This document shows, piece after piece, positions 13,574 through 25,000 of a stretch of 64,000 nucleotides of DNA. Where the stretch lies: the NCBI RefSeq assembly GCF_964355755.1, contig NC_092672.1:38818437-38882436 (forward strand). Direction: 5' to 3'. The translations under genes were made by a program, and so were the position numbers. The notes beneath the pieces were generated by a model that was not told the origin of the DNA, did not search any database, and saw only the letters and a list, made by a program, of their open reading frames with translations. The stretch's first letter is position 1. Each line of letters opens with the position of its first letter. The stretch comes from Antedon mediterranea (Eukaryota; Animalia; Echinodermata).

Positions 13574-15280
13574 TTATTTTTCGCTGGTATGCCAAAATAT
13601 TGCAAGTGCAATTGCACTCCCTACTGCAGCATTGACATCATCTGTTGCCATCTCCACTGGTAAATCATAAACTCTTTTTAACTCTTCTTGTAAAATTTCA
13701 TTTTTAAGGAGGGCATTGCCACACCCCACAATCCTTGTAATACCAGCTGTACACAATATCTCCCTTGGTAACATATCAACCAGATTCTCCATCAATCCAG
13801 AACACAGTGCTCTAGACAAATCCCCAATATTCATATTAAATGGTGTGATGTTCCTAACATCGCCTTTCTTCTTCATTGCATGTCTTTCACCAAAAATTGT
13901 GGGATTAATTTTAAGGTCTGTTTTTGTAACATTTTTCCCCTTTTCCATCAATATTGTAATTACTTTTTCATCAGTGAAGTATTCTTGTGGCACTTGCATA
14001 GCCTCCATCATTTGTTGAAACATTTTAACTGTTGCTGCAAGTACATTTCCACCGTTGAGTGATGCAGCAACTGTTAGGTATGAACCGTTGAAAAAGGGGA
14101 AATATTCTAAAGCCTGAGGAAGACTACAACGAGTTGGTTTGAAATCAGAAGGGCATTTAAAGACAGCTTGCATTGATGTCCCAACATTTACAACTGAAAG
14201 AAAGAATCTGGAGAAATTTCTTTGTGTTGTGCAGGATTGTGGTATCAGGAAATTTGAGTTAATAAATAATTATCTTGTAATTTATTATAAATGTGGTAGT
14301 ACATTATTATTTGTTTTGCATTGTTTCTAGCATTAGAAATTTCACACAAGTTATTTAACTGTAGAACTTGATTTACCTGCATGTGTATCAGATATCAAGT
14401 GGGGTAATATTGAACATTGTAGATCACCCATGGCAACACCTACACCAGCTCCTTTTGGTATTCCTAGCCACGAGGCTTTTAGTTCACCAACTTTTCTGGC
14501 TGGTTGAATTACGTTTGGTAGCAAGTTTATTGGAAAACCAGTATTCTGTAGACTGTATAAAGTAATTGAATTATTAGATCAAAAATCAATTGACTGTTAA
14601 CTATTTGCAGAATAAAGACTAACAAAATAAACTTGCATTTACATTTGTTTATTCCATGAATTTGTGACTGTGTTGTAAAACCCCCAACTTGCTGCATTTT
14701 GCACTGACATAACAGGTTTTACTAGGCCACATAATATAGCAGTTAGCATATCCATAATCGTTCCAGCACAATCAAATCTTACATTTGTGTTACTTCCAAA
14801 GAAACTAGGAATATTCTTTTTGATCCATATCAAAGTTGCACATCCATGTCCAGTAGCAAGGTTGAGATGCGAATCAGGTTGCGGCAGAGTTGTAAGAAAG
14901 TCTTCTGAGCATCTCGCATCCTGCCATGTATACAAAGGACTGATGTTATCATCTTGATAACTTGATAGATCTAAACAATCATCTATTTGATGGGCGGTAA
15001 TTAGGTGGGAACTCCATAAAATGACGCCATGCATTTGTCCGGATACAGCAATGCGCCCTATGTGTTTACGGTGCTCGTCTTTCAGTCTTTGGATGCATGT
15101 TGTGCAGGCTTCAAGGATTTTCAAGTGGCATTGCTCACTACCCAATGGTGAAGTATCGCTAACAATATCGGCATTGGTATTTTCAGATTGCACATCAAGA
15201 ACTTGCTGATTTTCACTATCGATGACAGCAACTTTGACAGAGGTTGTACCCAAATCAATACCAAGTACTAAGAAGCTCAT
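13574..15280 (-). CDS. SHPK: Sedoheptulokinase (FGGY carbohydrate kinase family), 3 coding exons
   Basis: Exons 15280-14643, 14552-14377 and 14193-13574 join in frame. Motifs include LGIDLGTTSVK, VSGQMHGVILW, TWQDARCS, PQPDSHLNLATGHGCAT, MSVQNAASWG, MGDLQCS, NVGTSMQ and YLTVAASLNGGNVLA. Confidence 0.95.
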
Positions 15281-16008
15281 TTTTCATTTCTGTACTGTAT
15301 TCTATAAAATAAACACACGACACTAATAAATATTAATATAAAAACATTAATATAAAAACAATATTATAGTACTGTAGTATAAACAAAATACTGCATTGCA
15401 TGGATTCCCTTCTTGTCAATTAAAAAAAATAGACAAACTTCTCATTTCAATTAGATACCTAAAATGCCTAATTAAATAATTGATTGTTTGGCTTAAATAT
15501 ATTTCAAATTAAATCATTTTATTGTAAAAATGTACAAACAAATATACAGTATTAACAAAAATATGTTGAATGTTGTGTGCATTTATACATTCTCCATGTT
15601 TTCCTCCTATTCAGAAATTTCTGTTCAGGCCACCCACCCACCCACCACCATATTTCGGCAGTTCTCTTATTGAAAAAGATTGACATTTTATATATTTAGA
15701 ATAATTATTTTTACATAAATTAAAATAAAAAATTAGTTATAAAAATAATATTTTCATTCCTAGCAATTTTTTATTTTTATACATCTCTTAAAAATATATT
15801 ACTAGAAGATACAATGTATTTTGAAAAACTTTTTGTGAATACGTAGGCTGTTGGGCGGCGTAAAAATTGTTGACTACTGCTGCTGCTGCTGCTCGCTCGA
15901 CGACGACGACCTCTCGGCGGCGGGGTGGAGAGAGACAGATATCACCATATCATTCGGGTCGGCCTTGGACAAAATGTTGTTAGACTGATCTATCAAACAG
16001 TTAATAAA

Positions 16009-19000
16009 ATGGGTTGTTGTAAAAAGAAATGTTTGCCGTCAACAAACATTGTACCAGCCACACTTGCTTATATATTTCTAATTGGAACCACGTCATTATT
16101 TTTTGTATTTATGTAAGTACTATTATGTATTAAAATAATACTGGGTAGAGTTCTTGTTGAAAATGTACGTAGGCTAGGCCCAGACCTATGTAGGAGGCAA
16201 GACGAGCTAAACTAAACACTCTGAAATTATGTAGCGTCGGCCTAGCCTAGCTAGGTCTTTGTTTTTGCCATTGGGGAGACGGATTGCTTGTTGATAGACC
16301 CAGCTATGTTAGTTCTAACTTGTAGGCTGTATCTTCAAACCAACGCCTTTTTTATTTGGGATTAATTGTTAATGTTAGGCCTAATTCTTTCTACTGCCGA
16401 GTTAACTGTGAGTGTTGGCCTAGCTAGTAGTAGGTAGCTAGCTAGGCCTAGCCTAGTCCCCCTCTCTATATAGGCTAGGCCTAGGTTATGCTATATTTTG
16501 TATGCCAAAACAAAGTTGTAGTTTTACATGTATTGTTATTTAAAACATGGAGCTTTAAAAATTAGAATAGAAGGCCTCTCTAGCCTAGCTAGGCCTTTTT
16601 CATTGACATTGATTAATTAATCATCATCAGCTGTCAAATGAATAATTTGTAAATTGTAATTATATTAATATTATTTGTTAATAATATATTCCAAATTGAA
16701 TTTTGATTATGTTATTTATCATGATGTGGTCATTGTCAAATTATATACAGGTTATTAACAATAATATTAATAAATCTGGCAAAATTTTTATGCGAATTAC
16801 TTATTCCGGTATTACCTAATCAATATGTGGCGACTGATTCATTCACATTTGTGAAGGAAATCCAACATGTTGACACTTCGCACAAATGTATGGTGTCATT
16901 TGATGTTGTTAGTTTGTTCACGAACATCCCCCTGTTTGAATGCATTGACATTGCTGTTGACTATATCACTAATGATGTCAATTATAATATGAGCTTAAAC
17001 AAAAGCGATTTACGCAAATTGTTTTTACTTGCTACAGAAAAAACCAATTTCATATTCAATGGTGATATTTATGATCAAATAGACGGTGTGTAAATGGGAT
17101 CCCCACTTGCACCTGTTTTAGCCAATTTATTTATGGGTCATCATGAACAAACATGGTTAAAGAACTTCTCACAAGCTTCGGTCATGTTTTACTGTCGTTA
17201 TGTTGATGACATTTTTTGTTTATTCAATACAAAAGATGATGCAAATACTTTCTTTGACTATATTAACGATCAACACCCCAACATAAAGTTCACAATTGAA
17301 TATGAGATTGACCATTGTCTTCCATTTTTAGATATAATGTTAAACAATAATGGTTCTTCTGTCGTAACTTCGGTCTTCAGGAAGCCTACCTTCACGGGTC
17401 TCCTCACTAATTTTAACAGTTTCACTTCCTTTTCTTACAAAATTGGGCTTGTTCGTACTTTGATTGACAGAGTTTACAAATTGAATAATTCCTGGTCTAG
17501 CTTTAACAATGACATTTCAACTCTTAAAACCATTTTAAGTAAAAACTGTTTTCCACTCAGTATAATTAATGACAATATTTACAGATATCTTAGTAATATT
17601 TTTTCTCCTTGCAATGTTGCGTCAGTTGAGTCGATTATTGAACAAAACAAGGTTCTTTATTTTAAATTACCTTACTTACAGTTTGCCAAATGCGCACAAC
17701 AAAGAATCGACAAAATTACACGTAAATATTACAAAGGTATTAATATTAAATTAGCTTTCAAATCATTCAAAATTTCAAACTTGTTTAGTCTTAAAGACCC
17801 TGTCCCTGATGTGTTCCGCTCTTGTGTTGTATATAAATTTAAATGTATGGGATGTAATTCCACGTATATTGGTGAAACCAATAGACGGTTATCAATGCGG
17901 GTGCGTGAACATTTCAGGGACAAGGCTTCTCACATTTTTCAACATCTGTAGGATTCAAAACGGTGTAAGGCCCTCGCTAATGCGGGTTGCTTCACCGTTC
18001 TGGATTCTGCAGATTCCGCTTTCAAACTTAAGGTCAAGGAAGCCCTTCACATCTCGTGGAGTAAACCTTCCTTGAACAAACAAATCTATAACTTAGGCGT
18101 CACACTTGCCATATGATTGGTTGTTGCCTACATTCCTTGTTTTATTATGCTAATTACTTACCGTACCTATTTACATACAATATGTCCTATTGGTATATAT
18201 AAGCACTCTAGGCGTTGTTTACTGTTCTGATGATGAGAATAGTTTCTCGAAACATGTCACATTTACATTTTAAGGCAATTTGCCTTTTTATTAAATGCCT
18301 TGTTATAGTCATCCTAACTCGCAAGTTTGGTGGTATTATTCATGATTAATTTATAATTAATATGGTCAAATCACACCCTCCTCAATGCACCATAAACAGT
18401 AATAAAATTCAGACTTAATTTAGTGCATGGAATGCGTAATGTCTCTATGCACTTGACATTAAAAACTAAAAAGGCCAACTTCGTCGGATAAAATTAAAAT
18501 ATATTGTAAAGAAAAATTTAATGTATAAAATTAAAAGAATTGTAAAATCGTTGTTGCATGTTGCAAGTTTCCCCAGAGTATGGTAGTAGGTACTGTATAT
18601 GGCTTAGCAATGTACTGCTTAGCAATGTATTGCTTAGCAATGTATTGCTTAGCAATGTTTAAACTACAGGAATAAATAAAAATACATTTTCATGTACAGT
18701 GCTGCATTGTTTTTATTTGGGATCAACTACATTTGAAATGTAGACCTCTGAACCTGTAAAACATATCACCTTTTACTTTATGAATCATTGTTGTAAAAAC
18801 AAATGTTTAAAATTGAATTTGACAATCTGAATATTAAGCATAGTAATGTACTACTACCATAATACAATGGCTGCCTTTTGTAATGCTATTAATTACATAA
18901 ATAAAAATCAATTATACTTGTTATTACCACAGTGATTCCTAATCTTAGAGTATGCAATCTTCTAATACAAAATACATTATGCATTTTGTATTTGTTCTTT

Positions 19001-22000
19001 GGATAACCATGAAATTAGACATACTGTTTGTGCTACGTTGTCTCTACTTAGTTTATCCAAAGAAAAATACAAACATAATTTATTCAAACCAGATGAATTA
19101 TTTTAGAACAAAGTACATTCTTTTAAAAATGTTTATATGATTTAATGATAATATTTTTCCAAGATAGTCTTTTTTGGAAATAAGTAGCCATACTTAAGAA
19201 TTTTCAAGTACAGTAATATAAACTTCAAGTGTTTTGTTGCACGATTTTCATAATGTTTATTACCAGTATTGCTGTTTCTTTTTTTTCACAGCATACCAAC
19301 TCTTACAAAAGATTATACCATATTTATACCAATTTATGATGGTATCTTATTCTTATTTGTTCTTGGAAATTTTCTTCTGGCAACCTTTGTCGACCCTGGA
19401 GTTATTCCACAATGTGAGTATTTTATTTTTAAACAGAACAGATTCTGTCTGAAATATTACGGTCCTTGTTATTGAATGCAATAAAATGGTTGAACTTCAA
19501 TAAACAATTGATTGATAATGCTGAAATTTAGTCAATTTAACATTTGTTCAGTTAAGATAATAATTCGCTCTAGAGCTCTCAGAATCTCAATGTGCTGATA
19601 CAGTATGATAAAGTATGTGACATTGAACTTGCATAAAATTAACCAAGCACGTTATTAAAACTGATTTATTTTTAAATAAAATTGTCAATATTTATAGCAA
19701 AAGGGGATGAAGACAAAGAGGAAGAATCAAGAGCCCCTTTATACAAAGTAGTTGAGATTCAAGGGTACCAAGTACGCATGAAATGGTGTTCAACTTGTGG
19801 ATTCTACAGGCCACCTCGTTGCTCACATTGCTCAGTTTGTAATCACTGTATAGAAGTATGTATTGTTTCTTATTTTAAAACAGCATTTTATTTCTTTATG
19901 TCTTGAAGACCTTCCAGTCACGTAATGCAGTGGACAAAGGCCCCTAGTTTAGCGCTCCTAAGGGGCCCTCCAATACTGAGTAGTTGCATTGGGACTCCTT
20001 ATGTTCTGGGGTCCAATGCTGGGTTTAGCCAGTGAGAGCTCATAGCCGTTCTGCCACTGGGAATTCTAATCACATTGTCTGTGTGTTACAAACAAAGTCC
20101 CTTTGTTTTTCCTGTCTTGATATTCTAAAGCTGTGGTAGGTGAACATTCCTGTTAAAACCACATTTCTTTTTCTCTCTTTCATTTAAAGTGAAGTAAAAG
20201 TTTTAAATCATCTACAATCTTTACATTTAACTACTGTACTTACTAAAGTAGTACTACGGTACAAATCAATTAAAAAATGTACAGTTAATTAAATCAATGA
20301 ATGATATTGAGGATTGTTTTTGTGAAAGCTTTACTTGTGCTTTTAAAGGAAAGATCTCATTTCCTTGTATGTCATGTGACCTAGCCTTGTGAACTAATAA
20401 GCCATTCCTTCAACATGATTCATGTTGCACAAACCATGGATGTATAAAATTAAATTTTATACCTCCATGGTAACAAACTACTGTATTTCAGAGACAAGAC
20501 TCTCATTAAAACTGATTCTTTATTATTATTTTGCAGTCCATCCAATTACTTTAAATTATGATTTGTTTACTATTAATCAACCCTTTTTACTTTTGAAGTA
20601 TAAAATATACTTTTTATTTTGGCATTGAAGGAAACATTCAAAGTTTAATGCGGGTCCAAAAGTAAATGAAAGATATAAAGCACTCTCTGTGGAGTATATC
20701 TAATACAGGATTCTCATTGAATGTGTTAATGTTCCTGTCTCTAAATTTGACAAAATATGTCCATTTGCTTCTGTGATTTCTGTCCTTATTCTTGATGTAC
20801 AGTACACACATTGTAATCCTCAAAGTACAGTAATAAATTATACTTTACAGCACCTAAAAAGTGCAGCATAAGAATGTTTATCCAACATATTTATTAAATG
20901 TGAATACAGTAAATGAGGTTAAGAATCATCATGTTTCATTTTGCTCCTAACAGTGTTGGCTGAGATATTGATATGTTTTGATTTACATTTTCTTCCTTAA
21001 TTCCTTATTTTGAATCATCATGTTTCATTTTGCTCCTAACAGTGTTGGCTGAGATATTGATATGTTTTGATTTACATTTTCTTCCTTAATTCCTTATTTT
21101 GAATCATCATGTTTCATTTTGCTCCTAACAGTGTTGGCTGAGACATGTTTTGATTTACATTTTCTTCTTTAATTCCTTATCTTGAATTGTTGCATTAGTT
21201 GTTTCAATCCATTGATTGATTTTTGTTTATTACTTTTAAATTCTTTTTATTGATTGGTACGTGATTAATTCAGAATTTTTTGGGGATTTTATTTTTGTTA
21301 ACAAAATCTTGTAAGATGGACATTTTTTAATGAAATTATTGTTGTAAAGTGATTTAACAGAATAACATAATAAAACATTGTCACCAAAGATAAAGATTAT
21401 TTTATGAAACATCGCTGTAAAGCCAGAGGCGACAGTCATGATAATATGGTAATGAATATTACTATTGTGTCAAAGCAATATGTTAGAAAGGTCAATTGTT
21501 CTAGAATTACTAAGTGAAAAGTTAGATTTAAGTAATTAAGTAAGGAATGAGTCTAACTGGCCTACACTAGAGACCAACTTGAAAACCAGGTTCTTCAGAG
21601 AACATTTTAAAAATACTCACCTTCATAGATATTTATATTTTGTGTAGAATGATATCATCCAATAATTTAGCTAATCAATCAAATAGATTTATAATGCCGC
21701 CCTCTACTAATAATCTATTAATCAAATTAATAATTAACTTGAAGATGTATTGTCCTCCCAAAAGCATGAAAAATGAAGATTAATTAAATCAGACTTTGAA
21801 TAGGTTATTTTTTAATTTTAATAAAGTAAATCACTTCCGTAGAAAAAACACGGCAAAAAAATAATGTTTTCACTTATAAAATAACATGATAAATGGTTAA
21901 ATTCAACCAAAAATCCATTGGCTGGCAGCCAATTTGACCATTTTTTGCTTTAAATTCCATCCAAATGTTTTATGATCCAATTTTTGGTCAAAGTCAATAA

Positions 22001-25000
22001 CTATTATGTGACATTAAAATGGCATATTCAACAAAAAAAATTTTTGAAAATTATTTTCAGATGGACAATACATCTTTAAGACATTTATCACTAGACCTTG
22101 TGTCTTTTTAAGATCTTAAAATGGACCTGAAATGGACTTTCGATTTTCAAGAAATTCATACATGTTATTTAAATGTATCAAATTAACACAAACCCATACA
22201 AATAAAAACAAAATGTATAGTATTTTGAGTAAAAACGAAATTTTAAGATACCATGGTAAATTAGCGAAAATTACTCACGCCATTGCAATATTCTATTTCA
22301 ACGGCCGTCGGAAGCCTCTATATTCACGACGTCGCATATACACACGATGATATCGAGAGCGTGTATGCCGCCCGATAGTCAGTGAATGATCGACGGCCTG
22401 GAAAGATACCCGAAGTGTTGACACTAATACTAATTTATTCAATATCTAATGTTGTTGAAATATAGGTCCCTAAAATGTACTTCGTTTGTTCTAAAACCCG
22501 AATTTAGAAGGCCTACTGTACCTCCCAAACCTTTACTAGGCCTAACTAGGCTAGGCCCCCAATCCAGCGCGCTCCGTTTCATGTGCATCCAAGGACCAAA
22601 GCGATATCAACAACTTGCTGTGCTCATTGTCCAGCCAAAGTAAAATATGAATAAAATTCGTTTTCGAACTGCCTGATTCGTGACAAATAAATTATCATCT
22701 CATATTGCTAATTTAATTCTGCTAAACTAAAAACTAAAGAAACTAGCACATTTTAGCAGTATAAATTACGAACGATATACAAAATACACGAACAGAAAAT
22801 ATGGATACGCATCATTGCGCACGGAGCTGTATCCCGGACAACGTTGCCAGGCCAACTTCGGTATTGCCAGAAAAAAAACGTTGATTTTAAGATTTTAAAT
22901 CGTCATTTACTCGATAAATAACCGTTTATACGGTAATAATTTTATCTAAAAAAATTCTAAATACGTTTCTGCAAATGCACAAGCATTTTTTAGAAAATAC
23001 TCCATAGATTTCAAGAGTTATAGCCAAAAAACTGCAAATTGTCCATTGGAGGGATAGGAATATATTCGCAAAGTGACGTCACCCGCAAATTTTTTTGATT
23101 TTCAAATAGGGCTTTCCCCAAAAGGGCCAATTTATATTTTGTAACAATATACATTCTAGCAACACCTAATAGCCCCCAAAACATCATTCTAAAATGAAAA
23201 AAATCGAAAATCCATTTCAGGTCCATTTTAATGGTACAATAGTTTATCATAACTGATTCAAATTTAGTGGGCAAGATAAATTTGTGTCTTTTTGACTAGT
23301 CTAAGTTGGTTTTAACTTTTAGTGGCGATGCAGGAAATTTATAGAATTTTTTTTTAATTAACCATCTACTAGTATTTATCTTTCAGTAAATTTTTTATTT
23401 TTTATTTCAGAAATTTGATCATCACTGTCCATGGGTGAATAACTGTATTGGACGTCGGAATTACAAGTATTTTGTACAGTTTCTTCTGTCATTGACTATT
23501 CATATGGTGTCTGTGTTTACATTCACATTGATCTATATCCTGACTCATAAAGAAGATCTGAAAACAACAAAGTGTATTGTTGGGTATCCTTTTTGTTACT
23601 AATACGCTACTTTTACACAATCTAGCCTATACAAAATCTATAGGCCTAATTCTTTACCTGTTTTATGATGTGTTTCTTTTTAAATTCACCATGATTACTG
23701 ATTTTTGTAATGTCTTCACATCAAGACAGACATGTTAGGCAATACAATATGTTGTTGATAAAATTATAAGAGTATTTTACACAGGTTTTTCAATTTCTTA
23801 GAACTATATCTTTTGAATACGGACTAAATAAAATTTTGGAAATTTGAATCAATTCTACACTGTCCCTCATTTCTACACTGTCCCTCATTTCTACACTGTC
23901 CCTCAATTCTACACTGTTGTCCCTCATTTCTACACTGTTGTCCCTCAATTCTACACTGTTGTCCCTCAATTCTACACTGTTGTCCCTCAATTCTACACTG
24001 TTGTCCCTCATTTCTACACTGTTGTCCCTCAATTCTACACTGTTGTCCCTCATTTCTGTGAATAGTTTCTGTGGTACTTTAGTCATACAGACTCTGTCAT
24101 GATCCTCTTCGATTTTTTTTAAAGAGTATTTTTGTTTTGTGTTAAAAAACCTTTCAAAAATGTTGATGAAACTTAGCGACATTTCTGACTCTCAGTTAAC
24201 ATTCTCATGTTTCATTTGTTTACTAATCAAGTTTTCCAATGTTTTATAGAAACGTATAACTGACTTGTGTTATTCTTTGTGTTTTACACTCTACTATCCT
24301 TCAATACTTGTTACTTGTTATTGTTTTATTGATTGTGTTTGCTTCTTAACCAGCACAGTTTTTGCGTAGTAGGCATAGTAGCTTTGACATCGTTTCCTGT
24401 GTTTGGCCTTGCAGGCTTCCATATGTCCTTAGCAACCAGAGGCCGGACGACCTATGAGCAGGTACTTGTGCTGTCGTCCAAAAGTGTGTTGCATGTTAAT
24501 ATATTTGTGCTATGTGCATTTGTCTTGTTTTTACATTGTCTGTGTAATAATGCTACTTTTGAAAGATGTTTGTTGAAATATGTTGGAAATGTACTGTATG
24601 TGGTATGTTTTTTACATCTCACTGTTAATACTTTGTGGGGCGCAGTCATGCATTTTGTAAATAAATTTAAATGTTTATGCAAAAATGATTAGTATTTATG
24701 TTTAATACAGGACTCCCCACTGACTGCGCCCCAAGCAACGTCATTGTTGTGATTGGTTGTTATAATTTCACTGTGATTTTCATATAAATTTTACAAGCTA
24801 CTGTAAGAGTGCATTGTATATATTTTCATGATCTAGAATCAGTTTTTATCGACAGCACAAGTTTGGCTAAATGCAAATTTTGTACAAATGTGTAAATTTG
24901 CATTATAAGTACTGTATCGTTAATCTTGATGTCAGAGCTTAAGAAAGATGTTTGTGGTACATTGAATTTACAATCAATCAATTTGTAGAACAAAGAAGTT

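Noticed and set aside
13716-15209. Plus-strand ORFs overlapping SHPK, and similar antisense ORFs at 29358-29660 and 37169-37414
   Set aside because: Antisense shadows of real exons with no recognisable motifs.
20985-21185. ttccttaat motifs resembling U12 branch sites
   Set aside because: They are part of an 89-bp repeat upstream of the U12 donor, with no associated exon.
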